From positions 9,522-73,521 of the forward strand of contig CAMYOD010000037.1 of assembly GCA_947259975.1 (NCBI GenBank): DNA of 64,000 nt. Reading direction: 5' to 3'. The position numbers and the translations under genes are program-made. The DNA comes from an uncultured Gammaproteobacteria bacterium. GTDB taxonomy: Bacteria; Pseudomonadota; Gammaproteobacteria; HyVt-429. Positions 51,823 to 62,147 of this stretch are shown here, piece after piece. Positions within the stretch are counted from its first letter, which is position 1. Each line of letters begins with the position of its first letter. The notes below the pieces were generated by a model, which was not told the DNA's origin, ran no database searches, and saw only the letters and a list, made by a program, of their open reading frames with translations.

Positions 51823-52416
51823 ATGCTGCCGGATTTTGATCCGCGGCATCGAATTATAGGCGCGATCGTGTTGGTGTCTCTGGCAGTGATCTTTCTGCCC
51901 ATGGTGCTCGACAGTCGCGCGCTACACGAAGCGGATGCGGTACCGATGTTTGAGATTCCGGAGCGCGACAAAAAGATCTTCGTCTCCAAGGTGACACCCA
52001 TCATTCCGGCCGGCATCAGCACGGAAGCACCGCAAACGGCGGCGAAAAAATCCACGTCGTCGCCGACGCCTGGCACGGAGAAATCCAAGGCCATCACCAA
52101 GCCGGCCACCAAGTCCGCATCGACACCGCCGCCCAGCACCCCAGCCGCGGCGGCCAGCAGCCGCAAGCAGGCGCGAATCAAAGAAGGTTGGGCCGTGCGG
52201 GTCGGAACGTTTTCCGTGCATGAGAATGCCGAGCGGGTGATGGCCGCACTACGCGCCAAAGGCTTCACGCCGAACAGCAGCTCGATCCCGACCACCAACG
52301 GTGCCGTTACCCGTGTGTGGCTTGGGCCTTACAAAGGTGAAGATGAGGCGAGCCGGGCAAGGCAGAAGGTGCGCAGCGCCACCGGCAATGATGGTTACAT
52401 CGTTACCTACCCCTGA
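51823..52416 (+). CDS. dedD: SPOR-domain cell division protein (DedD-like)
   Basis: RIIGAIVLVSLAVIFLPM TM, low-complexity linker and SPOR domain; folC-dedD-cvpA synteny. Start uncertain. Confidence 0.82.
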   Translation: MLPDFDPRHRIIGAIVLVSLAVIFLPMVLDSRALHEADAVPMFEIPERDKKIFVSKVTPIIPAGISTEAPQTAAKKSTSSPTPGTEKSKAITKPATKSASTPPPSTPAAAASSRKQARIKEGWAVRVGTFSVHENAERVMAALRAKGFTPNSSSIPTTNGAVTRVWLGPYKGEDEASRARQKVRSATGNDGYIVTYP

Positions 52417-52488
52417 CCCCGGGCGCCGCTGTAGCCGCGCTTTCGCTGCGCGGCCTAGATGCGCGTTGCGGCAAAATGGATCTTTTGC

Positions 52489-52980
52489 ATGACGCCACTG
52501 GATTTTGTCATCATCGCCGTCGTCCTCATTTCCGCCCTGATTGGTCTGTTTCGCGGGTTCGTAAAAGAAGTGCTGTCGTTGATCAACTGGCTGGCCGCGC
52601 TGCTGGTCGCATGGTTTTTCGCGCCCACAACCGCGGTGATGCTCGAGCAGTGGATCGCAAGCCCGACCCTGCGATTGGTTCTCGCCTTCGCCGGACTGTT
52701 TCTGGTCACGCTGTTGACCGCAACCATACTGAGCCATTTCCTGCATCGCCTCGTCGTGCGTGGCGGCCTTAAGGGGACCGATCGCAGCCTGGGGGTGCTG
52801 TTCGGCATCGCCCGCGGGGTGGTGATCCTGACCGTCGCCGTATTGCTGGCCGGGACCACGACGATTCCGCAGGAGACCTGGTGGCAGGGTTCGTTACTGA
52901 TCGGCTATCTCGAGGGGGTGGCGACCACCGTGGTGGCCTATTTGCCGCCGGATATTGCCGGTTACTTTTCGTATCGCTAG
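52489..52980 (+). CDS. cvpA: CvpA family membrane protein
   Basis: RGFVKEVLSL and DRSLGVLFGIARG; upstream of purF. Confidence 0.94.
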   Translation: MTPLDFVIIAVVLISALIGLFRGFVKEVLSLINWLAALLVAWFFAPTTAVMLEQWIASPTLRLVLAFAGLFLVTLLTATILSHFLHRLVVRGGLKGTDRSLGVLFGIARGVVILTVAVLLAGTTTIPQETWWQGSLLIGYLEGVATTVVAYLPPDIAGYFSYR

Positions 52981-53016
52981 ACTACCGCGTTTCCCGAACC
53001 CCGAGGGGTATCCTGC

Positions 53017-54531
53017 ATGTGTGGCGTAGTTGGTATTCTTGCCCGGAGTCCGGTCAATCAGGCAGTTTATGACGGACTCACGGTCTTGCAGCATCGCGGC
53101 CAGGATGCCGCCGGGATCATGACCAGTGATGGTTCCCGCGTCTATCTGCGCAAGAACAATGGCTTGGTGCGCGACGTCTTCCATACGCGCCATATGTTGG
53201 CCCTCAAGGGCAACATGGGTATCGGGCACTGCCGCTACCCGACCGCCGGCTGTGACACGCCGGAGGAAGCGCAACCCTTCTACGTCAATTCGCCCTTCGG
53301 CTTGGCCCTGGCGCACAATGGCAATCTCACCAATGCGGCGGAACTGAAGGAAGAACTTTTCCGACACGACCTGCGCCACCTGAATACGGACTCGGATTCC
53401 GAGATTCTGCTTAATGTGCTTGCGCATGAGCTGCATAAGGTCGCGGATATTCGTCTGACGCCGGAGCACGTCTTTAGTGCCGTCAGCGCATTGCACAATC
53501 GTTGTCGTGGCGCCTACGCTGTGGTTGTCATGATTCAAGGGGTGGGGATACTCGCGTTCCGCGACCCGCATGGCATACGGCCGCTGGTTTATGGGGTACG
53601 GAACGCCCCCACGGGCCCGGAGCACATGATCGCATCCGAAAGCGTGGCGCTCGATGTGCTGGGCTTTCAGTTGGTGCGGGATATCGCCCCGGGCGAGGCG
53701 GTACTGGTCGACATGGTCGGGCGCGTACACTGGCGGCAGTGCGCCAGGGAGACCACGCTGGCGCCGTGTATTTTCGAGTTTGTATATTTCTCGCGGCCCG
53801 ACTCAATGATTGATGGTATATCGGTTCACAAAACCCGGTTGCGCATGGGCGAGCGGCTGGCGCGTAAGATTGAGCGTGAATGGCCGGATCACGACATCGA
53901 TGTGGTGATTCCCATTCCTGATACCAGCCGGACCGCGGCGCTGCACATGGCCTATGAATTGAATCTGACGTATCGTGAAGGTTTCATCAAGAATCGCTAT
54001 ATTGGGCGCACCTTCATCATGCCCGGCCAGGCCGAACGTAAGCGCTCGGTGCGACAGAAGTTGAATGCGATCGATCTGGAGTTTCGCGGCAAGAATGTTT
54101 TGCTGGTGGATGACTCGATCGTGCGCGGCACGACCTCGAAGCAGATCATTCAGATGGCCCGTGAGGCCGGCGCGAAAAACGTCTATTTTGCCTCCGCGGC
54201 ACCGCCGGTGCGTTTTCCCAATGTCTACGGAATCGATATGCCGGTCGCGCATGAACTCATCGCCAATGACCGTAGTGACGCTGAAATCTGCGCCGAGATT
54301 GGTGCAGATCGGCTTATTTATCAGGACCTTGAAGATCTTATCGACGCGGCCCGCGGCGGCAACGACAAGATTTCCCAGTTCGACGCCTCCTGTTTTGATG
54401 GTGTCTATGTCACCGGTGACGTGAACAAAGAATACCTGCGCATGATTGAGGTGGCACGTAATGACAGTGCGCGATCGTCCCGCACAGAGGGCTATCAATT
54501 GAATTTTGCCGGGCTCGATAACCGCACCTGA
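53017..54531 (+). CDS. purF: Amidophosphoribosyltransferase
   Basis: N-terminal [12 protein letters not shown] and [10 protein letters not shown]. Confidence 0.98.
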   Translation: MCGVVGILARSPVNQAVYDGLTVLQHRGQDAAGIMTSDGSRVYLRKNNGLVRDVFHTRHMLALKGNMGIGHCRYPTAGCDTPEEAQPFYVNSPFGLALAHNGNLTNAAELKEELFRHDLRHLNTDSDSEILLNVLAHELHKVADIRLTPEHVFSAVSALHNRCRGAYAVVVMIQGVGILAFRDPHGIRPLVYGVRNAPTGPEHMIASESVALDVLGFQLVRDIAPGEAVLVDMVGRVHWRQCARETTLAPCIFEFVYFSRPDSMIDGISVHKTRLRMGERLARKIEREWPDHDIDVVIPIPDTSRTAALHMAYELNLTYREGFIKNRYIGRTFIMPGQAERKRSVRQKLNAIDLEFRGKNVLLVDDSIVRGTTSKQIIQMAREAGAKNVYFASAAPPVRFPNVYGIDMPVAHELIANDRSDAEICAEIGADRLIYQDLEDLIDAARGGNDKISQFDASCFDGVYVTGDVNKEYLRMIEVARNDSARSSRTEGYQLNFAGLDNRT

Positions 54532-54629
54532 TCGTTTGCCTGTTTCGCGTTACGGGGTAGGGGATCGACGCCTTTCAGCGGCATGAGACGCTTGGATAAA
54601 GTTGGGCTCCGACCGTCTGGTGACATGGA

Positions 54630-54658
54630 TTGACAGTGCACACCGGGTTGGCTAGGGT
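54630..54658 (+). promoter_or_regulatory. sigma70 promoter of the metZ leader
   Basis: TTGACA-N17-TAGGGT; the predicted start falls just before the riboswitch. Confidence 0.65.
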
Positions 54659-54665
54659 TGTTGTA

Positions 54666-54717
54666 TGGCGCCGATTTGAGCTCAGCTTGCGGGCGCCTTA
54701 AAAATGCAGCTAAAGCG
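54666..54717 (+). ncRNA. SAM-II riboswitch
   Basis: GGCGCC-GATTTGAG..CTTGCG-GGCGCC-..AAATGCAGCTAAAG matches the SAM-II pseudoknot pattern; upstream of metZ. Confidence 0.85.
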
Positions 54718-54721
54718 ACAT

Positions 54722-54754
54722 AACCCGCTTTGGTCGCATCCCGCGGGTTTTTTT
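54722..54754 (+). terminator. Intrinsic terminator in the metZ leader
   Basis: AACCCGC...GCGGGTT stem running into a T-tract, directly after the aptamer. Confidence 0.7.
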
Positions 54755-54798
54755 GTGCCCGCCTTTGATCCGCTACCGGGAGCGGCAGGAGATGCGAA

Positions 54799-55992
54799 AT
54801 GTCCAATGATGAATTCGATGCCTGGCGCTTCGCGACCCGTGCGGTGCGCGCCGGTCAAACGCGCACCCTTGAAGGTGAGCAGAGCGAACCGATTTTTCCC
54901 ACCTCGAGTTACGTGTTCGAAAGCGCGGCGCAGGCGGCGGCGCGCTTCTCGGGCCAGGAGCCGGGTAATATCTATTCGCGCTTTACCAACCCTACGGTGC
55001 GCACCTTCGAACAGCGCCTGGCGGCCCTGGAAGAGGGCGAGCGCTGCGTCGCTACGGCCTCGGGCATGTCGGCAATCCTCGCGACCTGTATGGGCTTATT
55101 GAGCAGCGGTGACCATGTGGTGGCCTCGAAAAGTCTGTTTGGCTCGACAACCCTGCTGTTCAACAACATTCTGAGTCGCTTCGGGCTCGAGTTCGACTTC
55201 GTTGCACCGTCGGATGTAGGTGCCTGGGCTGCGGCGATCCGCGGCAACACGCGGATGTTGTTTCTGGAAACGCCGTCTAATCCGCTAACCGAGCTTGCCG
55301 ATGTGACCGCGCTGGCGGATTTGGCGCAGCGCCACGACGCGCTGCTGGTCGTGGACAATTGTTTCTGCACACCCGCCCTACAGCGCCCGCTTACCCAAGG
55401 TGCGGATATCGTGATTCACTCGGCGACAAAATTCCTCGATGGGCAGGGCCGTTGCGTCGGCGGCGCCGTGGTCGGTGATCAGGCGACCGTCGGTGAGGGC
55501 GTGTTCGGGTTTCTGCGCACCGCCGGCCCCACCATGAGTCCCTTTAATGCCTGGGTCTTTCTTAAAGGACTCGAGACGCTGGAACTCAGGATGCGTGCCC
55601 ACAGCGCAAACGCCCTCGCGCTCGCCGAGTGGCTCGAGGCGCGTAATGAGGTCGGCCGGGTCTTTTACCCGGGGCTTGCCTCACATCCGCAGCATAGTCT
55701 GGCGGCACGGCAGCAGTCCGCCGGCGGCGGGATCGTCGCGTTCGAGTTACCCGGTGGCCAGGCGGCGGCGTGGCAGTTGATCGACGGCACACGCCTGTTG
55801 TCGATCACCGCGAACCTGGGGGACACCAAGACGACCATTACCCATCCCGCCACCACCACCCACGGGCGCCTCACGCCGGAGCAGCGGGCCGAGGCCGGGA
55901 TCGATGACGGTTTGGTGCGTATCGCGGTCGGGCTCGAGGATATCGAGGACATCAAGCAGGACTTGGCACAGGCGTTGGCGGCCGTGCGTTAA
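54799..55992 (+). CDS. metZ: O-succinylhomoserine sulfhydrylase
   Basis: YSRFTNPT, HSATKFLDGQGR and ITANLGDTKTTITHPATTTHGR; follows purF. Confidence 0.95.
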   Translation: MSNDEFDAWRFATRAVRAGQTRTLEGEQSEPIFPTSSYVFESAAQAAARFSGQEPGNIYSRFTNPTVRTFEQRLAALEEGERCVATASGMSAILATCMGLLSSGDHVVASKSLFGSTTLLFNNILSRFGLEFDFVAPSDVGAWAAAIRGNTRMLFLETPSNPLTELADVTALADLAQRHDALLVVDNCFCTPALQRPLTQGADIVIHSATKFLDGQGRCVGGAVVGDQATVGEGVFGFLRTAGPTMSPFNAWVFLKGLETLELRMRAHSANALALAEWLEARNEVGRVFYPGLASHPQHSLAARQQSAGGGIVAFELPGGQAAAWQLIDGTRLLSITANLGDTKTTITHPATTTHGRLTPEQRAEAGIDDGLVRIAVGLEDIEDIKQDLAQALAAVR

Positions 55993-57221
55993 TGACGACC
56001 GCGGTGCTGCGTCGGGACCTGCTCGCGATCTTCGCCGCTGCCCTGCGCGCCGTGAATGGGGCGCGTTGCACGCAGCATGCATTGGCCGCCGATGCGCCGG
56101 TAGGTCCGGTACATTTGCTCGCTGTCGGCAAAGCGGCCTGCGCCATGGCGACCGGCGCGCAGACCGCACTTGGCGAGACCATTGTCGACGGCCTGGTCGT
56201 GACCAAATACGGACACGGTGCGGCACTGCCCTGGCCTGTCCTTGAAAGCGGCCACCCCATTCCTGACGCACAGAGCCTGACCGCCGGCAAGGCGGTGGTG
56301 GAATTTATCGCTATGGTCCCGCCACAGGACACGATCCTCTTTTTGTTGTCCGGCGGTGCATCGAGCCTGATCGAACAGCTGCCGCCAGCGGTGTCCTTGG
56401 GGCAATTGCAGGCACTGACCAATTGGTTGATGGGTAGCGGGCTCGATATCGAGTCGATGAACCAGCTGCGCAAACGGGTGTCCCTGTTGAAGGGCGGGCG
56501 CATGGCCCGGCTCATGGCGCCCCGACCCGTGCACTGTCTCATGATTTCGGATGTTCCCGGCGATGAGCCGTCGAGCATCGCGTCCGGCCCGGTGGTGGCG
56601 GACGCGATCGCGGACCGGCCAATGGCAATCGATCTGCCCGTTGAAATTCAGGCTATGGTCGCGGCGCCGCCGCCGGCGCCTGCGATCGATGATTCTTGTT
56701 TTGCAACGGTTCGTCATAAGGTAATAGCTACCCGGCGCGATGCCATGGCGGCGGCACGGTTGCACGCCGCGACCCTGGGTTACCCGGTGCTGCTACACGA
56801 CGAATTTGTCGCCGGCGATGCCGTGGCCGTCGGCGCCGCGCTGGCGGCACGTCTGCACGCCGCGGCGCCGAATCATGTGTGTGTCTGGAGCGGTGAAACC
56901 ACCGTGGTGTTGCCGGACAAGCCGGGGCGGGGCGGGCGCAATCAAAATGTTGCATTGGCGGCGGCACGCGCGCTGCAGGGCCGGCACGACAGCGTCATCC
57001 TCGCGGCCGGTACCGACGGCAGTGATGGTCCCACGGGGGATGCCGGTGCGGTGGTGGATGGCGAGACCCTGCGGCGCGGGCAGCAGGCCGGTCTGGACGC
57101 GGACGACTGTCTGGCGCGTGCCGATGCCGGGACCTTTCTCGCCGCGAGCAGTGACTTAATCGATACCGGGCCCACCGGTACGAACGTCATGGATCTCATG
57201 CTGGGTCTACGCGGAGCCTAG
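55992..57221 (+). CDS. Glycerate kinase, MOFRL family (DUF4147)
   Basis: GKAA, HPIPD, LSGGASSL, SDVPGD, GGRNQ, GTDGSDG and TGTNVMD. Confidence 0.92.
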   Translation: MTTAVLRRDLLAIFAAALRAVNGARCTQHALAADAPVGPVHLLAVGKAACAMATGAQTALGETIVDGLVVTKYGHGAALPWPVLESGHPIPDAQSLTAGKAVVEFIAMVPPQDTILFLLSGGASSLIEQLPPAVSLGQLQALTNWLMGSGLDIESMNQLRKRVSLLKGGRMARLMAPRPVHCLMISDVPGDEPSSIASGPVVADAIADRPMAIDLPVEIQAMVAAPPPAPAIDDSCFATVRHKVIATRRDAMAAARLHAATLGYPVLLHDEFVAGDAVAVGAALAARLHAAAPNHVCVWSGETTVVLPDKPGRGGRNQNVALAAARALQGRHDSVILAAGTDGSDGPTGDAGAVVDGETLRRGQQAGLDADDCLARADAGTFLAASSDLIDTGPTGTNVMDLMLGLRGA

Positions 57222-57514
57222 GCACTGCGGCCCAACGGCAGGCGGGATCGGCGTATAATGGGGTGTTTGACCGGCGCAGATCCGCCGGTGTGTCCTCAAT
57301 CATGAACGTTGGATTGCGAGTGGCTTTGATGAATCGTTACACATATAAAACTGTCGGTAGTGGCTCAGTTTGTCGGACGCGTCGGCTGGGGCCCCGCCAA
57401 GCGTCGTGCGGCCTTGCGCGATGCAGGGATAGCAAAGCGCAAGGCCGCGATTCGAGCGGTACCGGGAAGTACCGCGAGATTAAGCGCGGCGGGGCCCCAG
57501 GCGGCGCGCAGCGC

Positions 57515-58246
57515 GTGGGCAAACTGAGCCACTGCCGAACCGTCTGTTTGCTTGCGCTATTGGCGGCGGTATTTGCGGTCGGTTGCTCGGGCGGTTCGAG
57601 CTCGAGTGACGGATTTGTGTTGCTGTTCGACGAACGGGAGCCGGGATTTACCGAGTTTTCCCAAACCCGCATGTTGGTGACAGCGGATTTCCTGCGTATC
57701 GACGATGGATCGGATGGTAACGATTTCCTGCTATTCGATCGTCAGACCCGGGCCATTTACAATGTCAGCGCAGAGGATCAGACGGTGCTGGTCATCGAGC
57801 CGTTGCCGATCGATATCTCCGCGCCGGAACGCTTTGAGCATGACGTCGAAAAGACCTTGCTCAAGGAGGCGCCCAAGATCGATGGCAGGCCGGTTCAGCA
57901 CGTGATACTGAGTACCAACGGTGAACGCTGTTACGAACTTTATGCGGTGGCCGGGCTGCTGGAGGCGCCGCGCACTGCGTTGGCGGAGTTTTATCAGACT
58001 TTGGCCGGTGAGCAGGCGGTGGTGGTGGGGGCGACGCCGCCGGAGTTTCAGTCCGACTGCCAGTTGGCCAACGATATCTTTCTGCCCGATCGCCATCTGC
58101 GCCATGGCTTTCCGATACGCAGCGAGGACATGAATGGACGCCTGCGCATCATGGCCGACTACCGTACCGATTGGGAACCGCAGTCCGCGCTGTTTGAACT
58201 GCCCGCGGACTACCGGCGCTACAGTCCTGCCGAGATGCGTCTATAG
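57515..58246 (+). CDS. Hypothetical lipoprotein
   Basis: Hydrophobic signal ending in lipobox AVGC, followed by a beta-rich domain ending LFELPADY. Start uncertain (GTG 57515 chosen). Confidence 0.7.
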   Translation: MGKLSHCRTVCLLALLAAVFAVGCSGGSSSSDGFVLLFDEREPGFTEFSQTRMLVTADFLRIDDGSDGNDFLLFDRQTRAIYNVSAEDQTVLVIEPLPIDISAPERFEHDVEKTLLKEAPKIDGRPVQHVILSTNGERCYELYAVAGLLEAPRTALAEFYQTLAGEQAVVVGATPPEFQSDCQLANDIFLPDRHLRHGFPIRSEDMNGRLRIMADYRTDWEPQSALFELPADYRRYSPAEMRL

Positions 58247-58264
58247 GTCGCCGCGCGGCATCGT

Positions 58265-58990
58265 CTATAGCGCCAGGGTCTCAAGTCGCCGACTGTCCGC
58301 CGTGCAGGTCAGCACACTGCCTTGTTCGTACCAGTCCCCGAGGACAATACGGCGTGCCGTGTGACCGTCGATGTCGAATTCATGTTGACCCGGGCGATGC
58401 GTGTGACCGTGAATGAGCGTCCGGACCTGGTGTCGCTGCATGACATGTGTCACCGTGGCGGGCTCTACGTCCATGATTTCCATCGACTTATCACGTTTCA
58501 TACGATCGCTCTGCTGGCGCAGATCGGTGGCGATGGCCATGCGCGCTGCGATGTTCTGTGACAGGAATTTCTGCTGCCAGGCGGGGTCCAGTACCTGTGC
58601 GCGCCAGGCCTGATGTGTGCTGTCGCGGGTGCACAGACTGTCGCCGTGCATGATGAGGACATCTTCCTGGTAGAGCCGAATTCGCGATTCCTCGGGCAGC
58701 AAGGTGCAACCGGTCGCGCCAGCGAAGGCTTCGCCAACCAGAAAATCCCGGTTGCCGTGTACGAAGTATACCGGCACACCGGCCGTGGTCAGGCGCCGAA
58801 TTGCGCCGACAATGCGCGCGTTTTCCGGATCTTCGATGGCATCGTCACCGACCCAGGCCTCGAACAGATCACCGAGAATATAGAGCGCGTCGGCGTGGGC
58901 GGCATTATTGGCCAGAAATTCCAGAAAAAGCTCCGTGATGCGCGGTCGCTCGACGCAAAGATGAAGATCGGAGATAAAGAGTGTCGCCAT
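58265..58990 (-). CDS. lpxH: UDP-2,3-diacylglucosamine diphosphatase
   Basis: SDLH, GDLFEAWVGDD, GNRDFL, HGD, HGHTHRP and LGDW. Confidence 0.96.
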   Translation of the reverse strand: MATLFISDLHLCVERPRITELFLEFLANNAAHADALYILGDLFEAWVGDDAIEDPENARIVGAIRRLTTAGVPVYFVHGNRDFLVGEAFAGATGCTLLPEESRIRLYQEDVLIMHGDSLCTRDSTHQAWRAQVLDPAWQQKFLSQNIAARMAIATDLRQQSDRMKRDKSMEIMDVEPATVTHVMQRHQVRTLIHGHTHRPGQHEFDIDGHTARRIVLGDWYEQGSVLTCTADSRRLETLAL

Positions 58991-59154
58991 AGGGCCGGTT
59001 TCAGGAACTCGCTCAATCGTTCGGGTCCGCGCATCAGGGGCGGACAGCTAGGTTATCCGGGCCCATTCTCCAAGAGCGCTTGCACGGGCGCAAGCCCGCT
59101 ATCGACTGCGCAGGTCGTTTTGTTGTTCAGTTGCGCTTTGGTTAACATCCGCGC

Positions 59155-60576
59155 ATGAGTTCTAATCCGCCCAAGACGCGATTCGCCCCGAGCCCGACCG
59201 GGTTGTTGCATTTCGGTAACGTCCGCACCGCGCTGTTTAATCTGCTATTTGCACGTTCCGTTCAGGGTCGCTTCCTGCTGCGTATAGAAGACACGGACAA
59301 GGAGCGCAGCCGCACCGCACACACGGCGGCGTTGCAGACTGACCTGCGTTGGCTGGGCCTGGCTTGGGATGAAGGGCCCGGGCGTGACGGACCCGTCGGA
59401 CCCTATCTGCAATCCGAGCGCGCGCCGATCTATGACGAGTATTTTTCCAAGCTTGAGGCGCAGGGCGACGCGTACCCGTGTTTTTGTAGCGAGCAGGAAC
59501 TCAGCCTGTCGCGCAAGGCGAGGATGGCCGCCGGCAAGCCACCACGCTACTCCGGCCGTTGTCGCAGCTTGCGTGAGGAAGAGGTCGCGGCGAAGCGCGC
59601 CGAAGGATTAAAACCGACGCTGCGTTTTCGTGTCGCGCGCGAACAAGTGATCGAGTTTGATGATCTGGTGCGGGGTGGGCAGCGATTTACGACCGATGAG
59701 ATCGGCGACTTCATCATTCGGCGATCGGACGGCACGCCCGCATTCTTCTTCAGCAATGCCGTGGACGATGCGCTCATGGGCGTCACCCATGTGCTGCGCG
59801 GCGAGGATCACCTGACCAACACCCCGCGGCAGATGCTCCTAATGCATGCGCTCGGCCTCGACGTACCGCGTTATGCGCATATCGCATTGATTGTCGGTGC
59901 CGATGGGGCGCCCTTATCAAAGCGTCACGGCAGTTTCACTATCGCGGGTTTGCGCGCACAGGGATATCTGCCGGCGGCCATCGTGAATTACCTGGCCCGC
60001 GTCGGTCATACCTATGAGGACAACACGCTGCTCGATCTGGCACAGTTGGCGGCGGATTTCGATCTGGGTCACCTGGGACGGGCGCCGGCGCGCTATGATG
60101 AAGCACAGCTGTTGCATTGGCAGCAGCTGGCGGTGCAGGCGTCCGCGGACGACGATCTCTGGTCCTGGTTTGGGGACGACGCGGTCAACTTGGTGCCGGA
60201 CAGCGAGCGCGAGGCGTTTATCGCGGCGGCGCGGCCGAACATCGTGTTTCCAGGGGATGCCCTGCATTGGGCGAATATTGTCTACACCGACAATTGGGAG
60301 CTCGACGAAGCGCTGATCGATGTCGTGCGTCAGGCGGGGAGCGAGTTCTTCATCTATGCCATCGGCGCTCTGGAAGAAAGCGGTGCCGATCTGCAGGCGC
60401 TCGTTAAGCGGCTCAAGGAGCAAAGCGGCGCCCGCGGCCGTTCATTGTTCATGCCGCTGCGCGCGGCACTTACCGGCGAGCTCGAAGGTCCCGAACTTGC
60501 GGCACTGCTGCCCTTGATCGGTCGTCGCCGTGCGCTAAAGCGCTTTGAGGATGCGGTCAAGGTGGTCGGTACCTGA
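59155..60576 (+). CDS. gltX: Glutamate--tRNA ligase
   Basis: RFAPSPTGLLHFGN, RIEDTD, CFC zinc motif, RGEDH, PLSKR and anticodon domain PLRAALTG. Confidence 0.93.
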   Translation: MSSNPPKTRFAPSPTGLLHFGNVRTALFNLLFARSVQGRFLLRIEDTDKERSRTAHTAALQTDLRWLGLAWDEGPGRDGPVGPYLQSERAPIYDEYFSKLEAQGDAYPCFCSEQELSLSRKARMAAGKPPRYSGRCRSLREEEVAAKRAEGLKPTLRFRVAREQVIEFDDLVRGGQRFTTDEIGDFIIRRSDGTPAFFFSNAVDDALMGVTHVLRGEDHLTNTPRQMLLMHALGLDVPRYAHIALIVGADGAPLSKRHGSFTIAGLRAQGYLPAAIVNYLARVGHTYEDNTLLDLAQLAADFDLGHLGRAPARYDEAQLLHWQQLAVQASADDDLWSWFGDDAVNLVPDSEREAFIAAARPNIVFPGDALHWANIVYTDNWELDEALIDVVRQAGSEFFIYAIGALEESGADLQALVKRLKEQSGARGRSLFMPLRAALTGELEGPELAALLPLIGRRRALKRFEDAVKVVGT

Positions 60577-60618
60577 AGACGTTTGGGTGCCGACATAGCT
60601 CCGACGACAACAGCTACG

Positions 60619-61998
60619 ATGCAGATCTATAACAGTCTAACCGCCAACAAGGACGAATTCGTCCCCATCGATCCCGGTAAGGTGCGTATGTACGTGTGCG
60701 GCATGACCGTTTACGACTATTGCCACCTTGGCCATGCGCGCGTCTTGGTCGTGTTCGATATGGTTGCGCGCTACCTTCGCGCGCGCGGCTTCGATGTGAC
60801 CTATGTGCGCAATGTCACGGATATCGACGACAAGATCATTCAACGTGCAAATGAAAACCAGGAATCACTGACGTCACTGACGACACGATTCATCGAGGCC
60901 ATGCACGAAGATGCGGCTGCCCTGGGTGTATTGCCGCCGGATGCGGAGCCTCTTGCGACCGAGCATATCGACGAGATTGTTGTGATGATCGAGGCGTTGA
61001 TGGCAGGCGACCACGCCTACCGCGCCGAAAACGGCGACGTGTACTACAGCGTACGAAGTTTTCCCGGCTACGGTCGTTTATCCGGACGCGCACTCGAAGA
61101 CCTGCGTGCCGGTGCCCGGGTCGAGGTGGACGACGCAAAAGTGGAGCCCCTCGATTTCGCTCTCTGGAAGGCGGCGAAACCCGGCGAGCCGGCGTGGGAC
61201 TCGCCCTGGGGACCGGGTCGCCCCGGCTGGCATATCGAATGTTCCGCCATGTCGACCGGGGCCCTCGGCAATCATTTCGATATTCACGGTGGCGGCCAGG
61301 ACCTGCGTTTCCCGCACCATGAAAACGAGATTGCCCAATCGGAAGGTGCAACCGGCGAGCCCTTCGTCAACATCTGGATGCACAACGGGTTTGTGCGGGT
61401 TAACGAAGAGAAGATGTCCAAATCCTTGGGCAACTTCTTTACCATCCGCGAGATCCTGGTTCACTACTCCCCTGAGGTGGTGCGCTACTTCATTCTCACG
61501 AGTCACTACCGGAGCCCGTTGAATTACGGCGAAGACTCGCTGGAACATGCCAAGGCGGCGCTGACGAGCTTCTACATCGCGCTCAATGATCTGGACCCTG
61601 CCCGTCCAGAGGCACTGGGCGAGCACGGCGATCGCTTTTTCACCGCCATGGACGATGATTTCAATACCCCGGAGGCGTTCGCGGTGCTGGCGGAGCTGCG
61701 GCATGACATCAACCGCGCCAGGGAGGCCGGCGACGTCGATGCTGCTAATCGCCTGGCGGGCATCCTGCGCGAACTCGCGGGCATTTTAGGCCTACTGCAG
61801 GCTGATCCGGCAGCCTTCCTGCAGGGGGGCGAGGTGCCGGGCCTGTCGACCGCGGAGGTGGAGGCCCTGATCGCCGAGCGCGAGCGTGCCCGGAGCAAGA
61901 AGGACTGGACCACCGCCGACCGCATCCGGGATCAGCTCAAGGCCGACGGTATTCTGTTGGAGGATGCCGGCGGGGCCACGGCGTGGCGGCGCGGCTGA
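60619..61998 (+). CDS. cysS: Cysteine--tRNA ligase
   Basis: [25 protein letters not shown] and KMSKS. Confidence 0.98.
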   Translation: MQIYNSLTANKDEFVPIDPGKVRMYVCGMTVYDYCHLGHARVLVVFDMVARYLRARGFDVTYVRNVTDIDDKIIQRANENQESLTSLTTRFIEAMHEDAAALGVLPPDAEPLATEHIDEIVVMIEALMAGDHAYRAENGDVYYSVRSFPGYGRLSGRALEDLRAGARVEVDDAKVEPLDFALWKAAKPGEPAWDSPWGPGRPGWHIECSAMSTGALGNHFDIHGGGQDLRFPHHENEIAQSEGATGEPFVNIWMHNGFVRVNEEKMSKSLGNFFTIREILVHYSPEVVRYFILTSHYRSPLNYGEDSLEHAKAALTSFYIALNDLDPARPEALGEHGDRFFTAMDDDFNTPEAFAVLAELRHDINRAREAGDVDAANRLAGILRELAGILGLLQADPAAFLQGGEVPGLSTAEVEALIAERERARSKKDWTTADRIRDQLKADGILLEDAGGATAWRRG

Positions 61999-62106
61999 TG
62001 CGTCCGGCGGCCACCCGCTGCCGCAAAATCACCCCCTGCTATTGACCCTGATTGCGGTTATCAGTACCTTCCGACTGTTACTACGGTCGAACTGCAAATC
62101 GCAAAC

Positions 62107-62132
62107 AACGCCCGGATTTTCGGGCGTTTTTT
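62107..62132 (+). terminator. Intrinsic terminator or attenuator hairpin upstream of ilvI
   Basis: AACGCCCG-gatttt-CGGGCGTT followed by TTTT; 15 bp before the ilvI start. Confidence 0.75.
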
Positions 62133-62147
62133 GTCCGTGAGGCGAAC

